DNA of 64,000 nucleotides from a virus (lineage: Duplodnaviria; Caudoviricetes). A program made the position numbers and the translations under genes. The notes below the pieces were generated by a model that had not been told where the DNA came from, ran no database searches, and was given only the letters and a program-made list of their open reading frames with translations. The stretch spans positions 41,869 through 105,868 of the IMG/VR virus record IMGVR_UViG_3300037067_017690; one strand, given 5' to 3'. Shown in pieces: positions 17,686 to 27,198 of the stretch (the first letter of the stretch is position 1; each line of letters starts with the position of its first letter).

Positions 17686-18939
17686 TCATATACAAATCAA
17701 TTTCGAATTTTGATTCATATACATTTCAAGAAAATTGGTCAGAATTTCTGACCAATTTTCTACTTGGGTAAACCATTTACCCATAATTCTTTTAGCAATA
17801 TTTATTGCTGAATTTAAATCTCTGTCAATTTCTATAAATTTATTCAATCTTACTCTTCTTATACTCAAATCAGAATTAAATTCTCTCTTTCCTGTTAAAC
17901 AATTCTCTTGTGAAGTGTAAGCTTCATTTACTTTATAAAAATCTAATCCTAGATTCTTAGCTTTATATTCTAAAAATCCTTTAAATCTACTCAATGTTCC
18001 TCTGTTCTGAGTTGATTTATTCTTACCTCTCTCTTGTGGGCTCCTTCCTCTTGTTACTAATTTCTTTGTTTTAATATCACCAACTATTAAACATCCAATA
18101 TTATTTCCCGTACAAATATCAATTATTTCTCTAGATGCTTTGTGTTGAAAATCCTTGTTCTTATTAGTTATTTTTCTTGAAATCTTATTAAATCTATTCT
18201 TTATCTTCTTCCAATTATTACTAAATTTCTTTTTGATGTCTATTTTCGATTGAAGAAGACCTTTTCTTTTTTCTAATTTTTTAAATTGATTATTTTTGAT
18301 TGAGAAACATTTACCAACATTTGAGAAACATTTACCAACATTTGAGAAACAAGTAGCTATTTGAGAACACCCTAAATCAATTGAAAGAAAATTATCTTTT
18401 GATAAGATTAGATTTGATGGTTGTTCAGAATACACAAAGATAATAAAATATTTATCATCTTCTTTTTTAAAAGTAATAGTTTTTATAGTGGAATCATTAA
18501 TCTCATATTTAGAAAATATTTCTGGAAGATCAATAATTAATTTATTTTTAATGGAATTTAGATTGAGTTCTAATTGATTATTATTTATTTTGAACCCACC
18601 ATTTCCTTGATTGAAATCTAACATAAATGAAGTGAAATATTTCCAACTTTTGAATTTATGAGGAAATTTAGCAGTAGAATTTTTCTTTTTGTTTAGAGCA
18701 AAGAATGATTTGATATTATTAATGAGAGTTCTGCAAGTATTTTGAGCAGATTTAGAATTGATCGTAAGATTGTTTAAATTTCTATAATTTTTATAAAATT
18801 GATTTAAATCTTTAGATTGCAATCCTTTACGAGCTTGTTCTAATAATTGATTATAAAGAATTCTATGTTCATTACTAAGAGTATTTATTTTGATCTCTTG
18901 TAAATAATTTGGGAATATTCTAATTTTTAATGATTTCAT
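17686..18939 (-). CDS. tnpB: TnpB RNA-guided endonuclease (IS607-associated, rearranged RuvC-II)
   Basis: MKSLKIRIFP start, SIDLG, KDFQHKAS, LIVGD, VNEAYTSQ, IDRDLNSAINI. Confidence 0.9.
   Translation of the reverse strand: MKSLKIRIFPNYLQEIKINTLSNEHRILYNQLLEQARKGLQSKDLNQFYKNYRNLNNLTINSKSAQNTCRTLINNIKSFFALNKKKNSTAKFPHKFKSWKYFTSFMLDFNQGNGGFKINNNQLELNLNSIKNKLIIDLPEIFSKYEINDSTIKTITFKKEDDKYFIIFVYSEQPSNLILSKDNFLSIDLGCSQIATCFSNVGKCFSNVGKCFSIKNNQFKKLEKRKGLLQSKIDIKKKFSNNWKKIKNRFNKISRKITNKNKDFQHKASREIIDICTGNNIGCLIVGDIKTKKLVTRGRSPQERGKNKSTQNRGTLSRFKGFLEYKAKNLGLDFYKVNEAYTSQENCLTGKREFNSDLSIRRVRLNKFIEIDRDLNSAINIAKRIMGKWFTQVENWSEILTNFLEMYMNQNSKLICI
18301..18351. repeat. 21-bp tandem duplication inside tnpB (CFSNVGK x2)
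   Basis: TGAGAAACATTTACCAACATT x2 followed by TGAGAAACA. Confidence 0.9.
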
Positions 18940-19543
18940 CTTTAATTTCTCGAAGATTATCTTCTGTTTTTTTAATCTTGTTTTTATAAGATCTTTTTCC
19001 ATATAATTTCATTGAAAAATAATGAACAATTGAAATAAGATCTTCAGCAAATTCTTGTTGTTCTGTTTTATTTTCACTTTTATCTAAAATGATTATTTCA
19101 GAATTATTTTCTCTTGCCAATTTTTCAAAAAATTCAAATCCAAATCTTACTAACCGATCTTTATAGAAGATAATCAATTTTTCTATAGAATTTGTAAGAA
19201 AATATTTAATTAATTTTTGAAGACCTTGTCTGTTATAATTTAATGCAGAACCAAATTCAGAAATGACTTCATCAATTTGAATCCCATTTTTGAAACAAAA
19301 TTCTTTGATTTTAGATTCTTGACCAATTAAACCAGATTTTTGTTGTTTAGTAGATTCTCTGCAATAAATCACATTTAATCTTTTTGAAGTTTTGATTCCT
19401 TTGATTTTGAGTAAATGTTCATCTGTATATCTTCTATGTTTAGAATTTAATTTTATAGGAACTAATTTTTGATTTTTATCCCAATTCCTAAGAGTTTGTT
19501 TAGTAACATTTATTAATTTAGAGAATTCATTTATTGTATACAT
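18920..19543 (-). CDS. tnpA: IS607 transposase (MerR-like HTH + serine recombinase)
   Basis: VTKQTLRNWD...HRRY HTH; YCRES catalytic Ser; YKDRLVRFGF; EDLISIVHYFSMKLYG. Confidence 0.93.
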   Translation of the reverse strand: MYTINEFSKLINVTKQTLRNWDKNQKLVPIKLNSKHRRYTDEHLLKIKGIKTSKRLNVIYCRESTKQQKSGLIGQESKIKEFCFKNGIQIDEVISEFGSALNYNRQGLQKLIKYFLTNSIEKLIIFYKDRLVRFGFEFFEKLARENNSEIIILDKSENKTEQQEFAEDLISIVHYFSMKLYGKRSYKNKIKKTEDNLREIKDEIIKN

Positions 19544-19645
19544 ATAAGAATTATTATAATCCTTATATTATTTTATAATATAAATAAATATTAATGGTCA
19601 TAATTTATCAGAACAGTTTGAATTAGTTAAAATATAGTCTGGGCG

Positions 19646-19652
19646 TAAAATT
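19646..19652 (+). promoter_or_regulatory. Putative late promoter TAAAATT, 5 nt before ATG
   Basis: Same motif and spacing at six operon-leading starts. Confidence 0.6.
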
Positions 19653-19657
19653 ATTAC

Positions 19658-20515
19658 ATGATAAATTATGGATTATTACCAGATAAAGAAGATCCAAGAG
19701 ATTTTTTATTTTTACAAGCTCCTGTAAAAAATAAAGAAATGCCTAATTCTATTGATTTAAGAAATTTGCAAGGTCCAATTACTGATCAAGGACATTTAGG
19801 CGCATGTACTGGTCATGCATTAGCAGGATTAAGAACTTATCTTGAACGAAAATCTCCATCATTTATTGATGGAAAAGCCGGAAAAGAAAATATTAATATT
19901 AATATTAATACATGTCCTGAAAGATCTATATGGGGAAATATTAAAAATTATGTAAATTCTTTATTTGTAAGTCGAAAAGTTGAACAATATTCTCCATTAT
20001 TTATTTATTATGAAATAAGAAGAAAAGAAGGTACTCTTGATAGAGATTCCGGTGGAACAATTAGAACTGGCATGAAAATCTTAAATAGTGTAGGAGCATG
20101 TTCGGAAAAAATTTGGCCATACAAAATTCGTAATTTCAATATTGAACCTCCTCGGAAAGCATATAGAACTGCTCGTAAAAATCAGGTACTTAGTTATTAT
20201 CGCATTACTGATGAAAATAAAATTCAACATATGAAAATCGCATTATCAAATAAATTAGGGATTGTTGGTGGATTAATGATTCATACTAATTTTTATAATG
20301 TAAGTAGTGAAGGATTTATTAGAGATTTAAATTCAAAAGATAGTCAAATTGGAGGGCATGCCATTTTATTTTGTGGGTTTAATGATTTATTAAAATGTTT
20401 TATTATTAGAAATAGTTGGGGAACTAATTGGGGGAAAAAAGGGTATGCGTTCATAAGTTATGATTATGTAGAAAAATATAGTGTGGATTTGTGGGTAGCT
20501 AATGAATGGGAGTGA
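19658..20515 (+). CDS. Papain-like cysteine protease (peptidase C1)
   Basis: DQGHLGACTGHA (Q, C), GGHAI (H), IRNSWGTNWG (N). Confidence 0.92.
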   Translation: MINYGLLPDKEDPRDFLFLQAPVKNKEMPNSIDLRNLQGPITDQGHLGACTGHALAGLRTYLERKSPSFIDGKAGKENINININTCPERSIWGNIKNYVNSLFVSRKVEQYSPLFIYYEIRRKEGTLDRDSGGTIRTGMKILNSVGACSEKIWPYKIRNFNIEPPRKAYRTARKNQVLSYYRITDENKIQHMKIALSNKLGIVGGLMIHTNFYNVSSEGFIRDLNSKDSQIGGHAILFCGFNDLLKCFIIRNSWGTNWGKKGYAFISYDYVEKYSVDLWVANEWE

Positions 20516-20558
20516 AAAAAATTATTAAAAACACCAGTGAGTCAGGTATAGTTAATCA

Positions 20559-20933
20559 ATGGAAACAATTAGCAAAAAAGTAAAAATTTATTTTAAAATG
20601 TTTGAAAATGTTGCATCTTTAAAACAAGAGATTAAAAATTCATTTAACATTTTTGATACAGATATTTATTTTACAAATTGTGCATTTCTGTTTACTGACA
20701 ATAAAGAAGTTCTTCAAAAAATAATATTTGGTATTTTAGATTCAATTCTCATGGATTGCAAAATTGGAAAATTAGATTTTGTAGAAGCAACTATAAATAA
20801 AGAAAAACGAGATGAAAAAGGTAATTTTATATTTGTTGATAAAGCAAAAATAGATCTTCATTTAGTTCGTTGTTATATTGGCACTCGTGAAGATTTTATG
20901 GAAAAGTATAATCATTTAGAAAATCTAGAGTAG
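20559..20933 (+). CDS. Hypothetical protein
   Basis: 124-aa ORF preceded by GGTAT motif. Confidence 0.55.
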   Translation: METISKKVKIYFKMFENVASLKQEIKNSFNIFDTDIYFTNCAFLFTDNKEVLQKIIFGILDSILMDCKIGKLDFVEATINKEKRDEKGNFIFVDKAKIDLHLVRCYIGTREDFMEKYNHLENLE

Positions 20934-20943
20934 GAGTAATTTT

Positions 20944-22002
20944 ATGTTCAATTATAAATTGGAAAATTCTGAATCATCTCAAATTTATGATTATATTGTA
21001 TTCAATGATGATCTTCCATGTTTTATTATTTCTTATGACCAAGGAAAAAAAAATGCAAGATATTATGATTGGGGAAGAAATCTTATTTTTATTGAAAATA
21101 ATGATGCATTTTCAATTCGCCAATTAATCAAAATATTTAATGGAGAAAATGATGAGTTTATAAAAGAAGTTGAAAAAGAATCAAAAATCCTTCGAACTAA
21201 TGAAGATTTTATTCATTACTTCTTATACAAGAAAATATTTAATCAGCCATTTGAAAAGAAATGTTCGCTGTTAGAATTATCTTCTGAAATTACAGAATTG
21301 GCTCATAAATATTTTTCAGAGATTTCTATGTTGTCTGAAGTTACATTTAAACTTGATCCTACTGGTCCATATAAAATTTTATCTAATTTGGACGAAATGG
21401 AGAAAGAAATAATTTTGGATATCGCACGAACATTAGGGAAGGAAGATTTTAAAATACCAAATTCAGATATTGTTTTTGTTGGAACTGGAACAAAACCTTT
21501 TGTCCATTTTAAATTTCCGGGAATTAATCATTTAAATGCACTTATAGGCTTAGAAGTCTATAATAAGGATTTCAATTTATCTTTTGATTTATCTGTAAAA
21601 CAAATTGAAACAGAAATAGATCCGGAAGAACTTGAAGAAAAGGAATCACCATCATCAGAAATTGTTGTTGATGAAAAATATTCAGCCACATTAGCACAAG
21701 GAATTTCAACAATTAAAATTCAACAAGATTTAAAAAATAATTACGAATTGCGTAGTTTTGTGATTATGGATATTATAGAAGAATTATCTAATGAAATAAA
21801 ATTAATTGTAATGGCAAATTCGAAAGATAGTTGTATTAAATTTTTAAAAGAAGAAAAAATTCCATATACTAATATCTATGAAGTTAAAGATGTTGTGAAT
21901 ACTTCTGAAATTAAAGACTTCATTTCTTATCCATTTAAATTAGTTGATTTTACAAAATTTTACGATTTTATCAAAAGATTAGAACGAACTCCAAAAATCT
22001 AA
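20944..22002 (+). CDS. Hypothetical protein
   Basis: 352-aa ORF, AGGAG SD. Confidence 0.65.
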   Translation: MFNYKLENSESSQIYDYIVFNDDLPCFIISYDQGKKNARYYDWGRNLIFIENNDAFSIRQLIKIFNGENDEFIKEVEKESKILRTNEDFIHYFLYKKIFNQPFEKKCSLLELSSEITELAHKYFSEISMLSEVTFKLDPTGPYKILSNLDEMEKEIILDIARTLGKEDFKIPNSDIVFVGTGTKPFVHFKFPGINHLNALIGLEVYNKDFNLSFDLSVKQIETEIDPEELEEKESPSSEIVVDEKYSATLAQGISTIKIQQDLKNNYELRSFVIMDIIEELSNEIKLIVMANSKDSCIKFLKEEKIPYTNIYEVKDVVNTSEIKDFISYPFKLVDFTKFYDFIKRLERTPKI

Positions 22003-22122
22003 AGAATTCTCTTTACTTACTAATTTTGAGGTATAAATCTTTACGATTCAACTTTTAGACTCTATTTCTCTTTACAATATTATCATAATGGTGAAGTTGT
22101 TAAAAATATTGAAATAAAATAA

Positions 22123-22153
22123 TCTTTACAAATAAGAAGAAAGTATCTATCTT
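22123..22153 (+). promoter_or_regulatory. Sigma70-type (early) promoter TCTTTACA-17-TATCTT
   Basis: Matches motif repeated at seven sites. Confidence 0.7.
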
Positions 22154-22159
22154 ATAGTT

Positions 22160-22798
22160 ATGAACAAGGAATATAAAGCAAAATCAAAACAATTGAAAAA
22201 ATTTTTCATGAGTAAATTCAATGGAATTATTCAGAAAAAAATTGTTGCAAAAGAAATTAAGAATTTTACCATCGAACAATTGAAGGAACTTCAACACAGA
22301 GAAATTCTAGAAGATACAGAAAATTATGCCATTTTACCAGATGAAGGATTGAGTCTCTTAAAACTTTCCTTTAATAAAAATAAAATAGTTACAGAAATCA
22401 TTCCGGCAATTCCACTTATTTATAAAGATGAACCAAAAGATTTATATGATTTTTGTCATAAATATTTTTGGGAATTGCCCGATTTTTTAGCAACTGATTT
22501 TCGTGGATACGGTGAAATGCTCAGTAAGATTCGTGATTATTTTTATATAGCCAAACTTCCATTAAAAAAAGATGTGATAAAAATCATTGATGAATTAATT
22601 CGCAAATTCAAGAATGGAGAAATTGATTCATTTATAGCATTAAATCTTGATTTTGTCGCCGAAAGTATTTATTTTTCAATTGCTCCTCGTGAAGAAAAAC
22701 TATATTATTTAGAAGCAGTTCATGATATGAAACATTCATTAGGATGGGAAGATACATTAATTGTGAGAATCCCTAAAATAAAAAGGATGCCAAAATGA
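22160..22798 (+). CDS. Hypothetical protein
   Basis: 212-aa ORF starting 6 nt after the -10 box. Confidence 0.6.
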   Translation: MNKEYKAKSKQLKKFFMSKFNGIIQKKIVAKEIKNFTIEQLKELQHREILEDTENYAILPDEGLSLLKLSFNKNKIVTEIIPAIPLIYKDEPKDLYDFCHKYFWELPDFLATDFRGYGEMLSKIRDYFYIAKLPLKKDVIKIIDELIRKFKNGEIDSFIALNLDFVAESIYFSIAPREEKLYYLEAVHDMKHSLGWEDTLIVRIPKIKRMPK

Positions 22799-23229
22799 AA
22801 ATTGAAAATGTCAACAAGCTGATAAAATTTTTCGACAAAATTAATGGATTTTTAAAGAAAAAAGAAAAGAATGAATTCGCAAGATGGTTTTTGTCATGGA
22901 CTCCGCTCTCAACAAAAAATGAAAATATCAAGATAAAATTTGGCCATTTAGGACCATATTCTACTACTGAAAGACAAATTATTGAAAAGGCTTCATGTAA
23001 AAGTGTTTTGAATTTCAAATCCTTTAATGAAATGTTGAATGATCCGGAAGCAGAAATCGCATGTTACATAGGACGTGATGATGACAAATTCATAGAAATA
23101 ACGAAAGCAGAGGATTTAAAAATTGTTAAAAAATATAGAAATAAAAAAATCAAGATTAAAACTTTTAAAGATTTTCAAAAATATTATGATATCCTAAATC
23201 TTTATTTCAATACGATAGTGGAATATTAA
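22795..23229 (+). CDS. Hypothetical protein
   Basis: 144-aa ORF, overlapping upstream stop. Confidence 0.55.
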   Translation: MKIENVNKLIKFFDKINGFLKKKEKNEFARWFLSWTPLSTKNENIKIKFGHLGPYSTTERQIIEKASCKSVLNFKSFNEMLNDPEAEIACYIGRDDDKFIEITKAEDLKIVKKYRNKKIKIKTFKDFQKYYDILNLYFNTIVEY

Positions 23230-23456
23230 TCAAATTTCGAAATATTCAGAAAGGATCAAATGGAAGTAATTTTGATAAATTCCTCAATTCATAAAAGAAA
23301 CGAAGGATTAACAACCAGCATCACAATGAAAAAAGAACAAATTGTAAGAGTGATTAAAGAACATCTCCTTACTAAAATAAAAATGGAAGATGTTGATTAC
23401 ATTGCTCAGATACTTATTGAACATGAAAATGAAATTATCAAGTTGAGTACATTTGA

Positions 23457-23786
23457 ATGAATGATGATTTTTCTGAAATACTAAATCACTTTGAAAGACT
23501 TCATAAAAGGAAATTAGAATACCAACACTTCAAGAGATGTGTTGGCCAAGAGAAAGCTAAATATCGTAAAAGCAGTGCAATGAAGGATTATTGGAAGAAA
23601 AAGAAAGAAAAAGAAAAACACGATAAAGAAGACGAAGAAGCAGCAAGGAATTATGTTCATGAATCGTGTTATTGTCATTTGGGTAATCCACCATGCGGGT
23701 TCTGCACAGATTCAAATTATTGTGAAGATTGCGATGTTCGAACTTTAGATGATGAATGTCCAAAATGTGGAAAATTCTTTACATAG
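23457..23786 (+). CDS. Cys-rich (zinc-binding) hypothetical protein
   Basis: CYCHLGNPPCGFC, CEDC, CPKC. Confidence 0.6.
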   Translation: MNDDFSEILNHFERLHKRKLEYQHFKRCVGQEKAKYRKSSAMKDYWKKKKEKEKHDKEDEEAARNYVHESCYCHLGNPPCGFCTDSNYCEDCDVRTLDDECPKCGKFFT

Positions 23787-23805
23787 AGATAGAGTGATCT
23801 ATCTT
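23776..23805 (+). promoter_or_regulatory. Sigma70-type (early) promoter TCTTTACA-16-TATCTT
   Basis: Motif match upstream of AGGAG SD and HTH gene. Confidence 0.6.
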
Positions 23806-23825
23806 ACAAAAAGGAGAATCTAAAA

Positions 23826-23984
23826 ATGAAAAAGAAACAAAAAATCATGAGTGAAGTACAGGAAGCCATTTTGTGTCTTCGAAAGAAGGGGTTGACAAGT
23901 CAGGAAATCGTAAAAGAATTCAAACTCAGTAGACAGCAAGTTGCAGCAGTAATTGCGTGGAATACGATGAGAACTGCGGCATGA
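23826..23984 (+). CDS. Small helix-turn-helix protein (52 aa)
   Basis: Below track cutoff; ILCLRKKGLTSQEIVKEFKLSRQQV HTH pattern; AGGAG SD; ATGA overlap with helicase. Confidence 0.7.
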   Translation: MKKKQKIMSEVQEAILCLRKKGLTSQEIVKEFKLSRQQVAAVIAWNTMRTAA

Positions 23985-25555
23985 AATCTTATCCTCACCA
24001 AATAGAAATATTTGAATGGTTTAAGGAATGTTTGAATCCTGCGCTAAAAAATAAGATTCTAAGATTCATTATTAATGCAATGTGCGGAGTAGGAAAAACG
24101 CACATTGCACAACTTATAATATATTATTTTTTAGTGCAAGGTAAACGAGTATTATTTTTAACATACACAAGAAATGAACTTCGCGAACAAACATATAAAA
24201 GATGCATGGAAGATGGGATTATTCCGAAAGAATATATTGGGATTTTTAAAACTGATAAAAAAGAAATCGAAAAATTCCTAATTATTACAATACCACAAAC
24301 AATTAGAAATTTCTTGTTTCCTTACAAATTTGATCTAATCATAATTGATGAAGCTCATGAATATTTGGAAACAAAAGATAAAAAATCTGCCCAAACTTTG
24401 AAAAAGATAATTGCATTAAATTCACATAAAAACACTGTAATTATCGGATTAACAGGCACAGCTTTCGAAATTATGTTGGAAGGAAAATTTTTTGATATTA
24501 AGAATGATCAAGTTGCTTACAAAATATATGATTCTCTTATGGCTCTTGAAGATGGAATAATCAGCAATATTAATATAAATGCCATTTACGTAAATTTTGA
24601 ATTAAAAAATGAAGCATATAAAAAAGATGGCGAATTAAGTTCGATTGGTCAAGAAGTTTTAAAAGATAAATTAATAAATGCTTTAAAAGCAAACAAATTA
24701 ATTCCAACATTATCAGGGAAAACCTTGATGATTTGTGCTAAAATATCTGACGCAGAATCATTGTCGGCTTATATAAATTCTACTTTTGGAAATGGCAAAA
24801 CAATTTCATTGTGCAAGACATCAAACCAAGATGATTTATTTGGAATTGATCTAGAATTTAAAAATCATCCAGGAATTCAATTTTTGATAGTAGTTGGGAT
24901 GTGTGGAGTTGGTTGGGATTTTCCAGGATTAATGAATGTAGTAGATTTGACATTTACAATAAATCCTAAATTGATTATTCAAAGATTTAGCCGAGCAGTA
25001 AGAAAATGTGAAGGCAAAGAACCGAATTATTATTATGTTGCTGACGAAAGAAAGACACCATTGATGGTGCGTAATTTATTATTTCATGCATTATATTTAA
25101 CGACAAAAAAGGGAATTGAAACTTATATTAAGAATAATGGAAACATTTCTGCTCCTGTATTTGGGGTAAATATGAACAAAATGATAAATCTTTCTTCTAT
25201 GGAAAATTTTTATAATGAACTAGAAAAAGAAAATAAAAAGAGAGATATCTTAGAACTCGGGGATTTCAAGAGTTACGCATTTTTAATGAATGTCGATGCA
25301 AAATCAAAAATGATTTTTCAAATGTCTTTAAAACAATTGAAATGCCATTATAAAGAACAAAAAAAGTTTTTTGAAAAGATGTTGTCTGTATATCCAGATC
25401 AAACCATAAAAATAATAAATCAACACATTTCTCAAAAAAGAAATAATCCGAATACTTTCAAGTTACATATGGTCTTTAGAGATTGCAAGAATATTTCATC
25501 TGAAATTTGGGATATGTTTTTTAAAGGCTTTGAACCAGAAAACATGTTATTATGA
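23981..25555 (+). CDS. Superfamily 2 (DEAH, ResIII-like) helicase
   Basis: YPHQ Q-motif, AMCGVGKT, IIDEAH, GLTGT, GVGWDFP, QRFSRAVR. Confidence 0.88.
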   Translation: MKSYPHQIEIFEWFKECLNPALKNKILRFIINAMCGVGKTHIAQLIIYYFLVQGKRVLFLTYTRNELREQTYKRCMEDGIIPKEYIGIFKTDKKEIEKFLIITIPQTIRNFLFPYKFDLIIIDEAHEYLETKDKKSAQTLKKIIALNSHKNTVIIGLTGTAFEIMLEGKFFDIKNDQVAYKIYDSLMALEDGIISNININAIYVNFELKNEAYKKDGELSSIGQEVLKDKLINALKANKLIPTLSGKTLMICAKISDAESLSAYINSTFGNGKTISLCKTSNQDDLFGIDLEFKNHPGIQFLIVVGMCGVGWDFPGLMNVVDLTFTINPKLIIQRFSRAVRKCEGKEPNYYYVADERKTPLMVRNLLFHALYLTTKKGIETYIKNNGNISAPVFGVNMNKMINLSSMENFYNELEKENKKRDILELGDFKSYAFLMNVDAKSKMIFQMSLKQLKCHYKEQKKFFEKMLSVYPDQTIKIINQHISQKRNNPNTFKLHMVFRDCKNISSEIWDMFFKGFEPENMLL

Positions 25556-25779
25556 ATATCGCAGAAATATCGCAAACACAGAAATAAAAATGGAAAATTA
25601 TGCTGAATGTATGGACGTTTACAAATGATAATATAAACTCTATCTTGTAATAAAAACACTTTTAAGATTGGATTTTTTAAAATGAACATTATGAAGAGAT
25701 CAAAAAAATTCATCAAATTTCTAAAGATATTCTGAAATATTGCGAAAAGGGAAAATATAGTAATGAATTAATTCATGAA

Positions 25780-26037
25780 TTGTTAGGCATGCGAACTATC
25801 GAAAATAAAGAAGTATGTGATTTCTTACAAGAAAATATAGAATTCGGACCATTTTGTGAAAATAAAAACACACTGTATGAAGTATATTTAGATTATTGTG
25901 ATAAAAATGTGTTATCTCCTGCATCTTTTAGTCATTTTTTCAAATGTATTTATCGTTCTCATAATAGTTGCAGACCAACACAAGTGGGGACAAAAGAAAA
26001 AAGAATTAGAAAAATTTATGGTCTAAAATTGAAATGA
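25780..26037 (+). CDS. Winged-helix-like fragment (primase C-terminal type), possibly pseudogene remnant
   Basis: LYEVYLDYC...SFSHFFKCI...RKIYGLKLK; frame extends upstream without a good start. Confidence 0.4.
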   Translation: MLGMRTIENKEVCDFLQENIEFGPFCENKNTLYEVYLDYCDKNVLSPASFSHFFKCIYRSHNSCRPTQVGTKEKRIRKIYGLKLK

Positions 26038-26085
26038 ATACCAAAGAAATACAAAGTATAGAAATGGTAGAATAGGAGTTGTGTA

Positions 26086-26511
26086 ATGATACTTAATAAA
26101 ATTCGTGAATTGAATCAACTTTCTTCGAGTATGCACAAAGTTACACTCGAAATTTTAGAATTTTTTAATCGTAGACAATTTAATGATGTGAAATCATTAG
26201 TTGAAGAATTATTAGGGAAAGAATCAAAACAAATTCCATATAAAAATAAAATAATGCTAAAAAATGAATTAGTAAAAATTTTTGGAGATCAAATCGTATC
26301 GCTAAATTTAAACGAAATGAAAATCAAAACAAACCAATTATTGTTATTGTATTCTGAAAAATTTCCAAATGATTACTCTTCGACGATTTTTGGAAGAAAA
26401 ATGATGGCTTCATTATCTTACATACAAACAAAATGCAATTGTTTTTTTAAAGTTGGCGGAAAGAATATTAGATATTGGACTATTTATTCATTTAATGAAA
26501 ACAAAAATTAA
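26086..26511 (+). CDS. Hypothetical protein, possible winged-helix C-terminus
   Basis: 141 aa, AGGAG SD. Confidence 0.5.
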   Translation: MILNKIRELNQLSSSMHKVTLEILEFFNRRQFNDVKSLVEELLGKESKQIPYKNKIMLKNELVKIFGDQIVSLNLNEMKIKTNQLLLLYSEKFPNDYSSTIFGRKMMASLSYIQTKCNCFFKVGGKNIRYWTIYSFNENKN

Positions 26512-27194
26512 TAATTTAATTGATGAACTATTAGGAAATCTCACACTCGAACAATATGTTGAAGAATGTGCAAAACGAGGAATTCTTTCTAGAAATCAAT
26601 ATCGAAAACATTATAAAGAAATTCCAAATGCAAAACATGATCTTGGTGAAATTGAAATTCGAGAGAGTGATTTTTTTAAACTGGTCAGAAATAAATATTA
26701 TCTAAGTTTAGAAGATCGATCATATAAATTACGGAGCAAAGTTTGAAGCGAAAAATACACGATATTGGAAAGAATCATGTAAAATCGTCAAGAATAAAAG
26801 AATTCATAGAATACCATGGAAATATTTTAACATCAATGAACTGGATTTTTTCGATGCTGTAGAAATGAAAATAATTGAAAATAAAAACAAGGAAGAAGAA
26901 TTGACTGTCTCTTATAATGATAGTACATTTGTTCCTTCGTATTTTCTGAAATTTTATATTAAAGATTTAGGTCCCATTGTATCTATGGCCATAATTTATT
27001 TGATGTATTTATGCGAATATGAAATGTCTGGAATTTCTTATGCTTCATTAGCAAACAAAATTGGAGTTCCGGAGAAAATTTTATTTGATTCTTTACATCA
27101 GAAAAATCTAGATCTATTTATTAAAAAGGATGGACAAAACTTAATGCTAAATAAAATGTTATGGAAAGAAATAAGATCGAAAACCATATTTTAA
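26495..27194 (+). pseudogene. Single gene split by a 4-bp GATC duplication (joins track ORFs 26453..26746 and 26865..27194)
   Basis: Removing one GATC from GATCGATC at 26714-26721 gives an open frame ...YLSLEDHINYGAKF...DFFDAVEMKIIEN... Confidence 0.7.
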
Positions 27195-27198
27195 ATTT

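Larger units (their letters stand above)
17660..19620 (-). mobile_element. IS607-family element (tnpA + tnpB); ends approximate
   Basis: Overlapping serine-recombinase tnpA and tnpB, inserted opposite to flanking genes; AT-rich ends. Confidence 0.85.

Noticed and set aside
17660-19620. IStron (group I intron-IS607 fusion) or Cas12 locus
   Set aside because: Element is intergenic, no intron core seen upstream of tnpA, and no CRISPR repeats nearby
25552-25780. Read-through of several in-frame TAA codons to extend the 25780 ORF
   Set aside because: All three frames contain stops; better explained as decayed, frameshifted sequence
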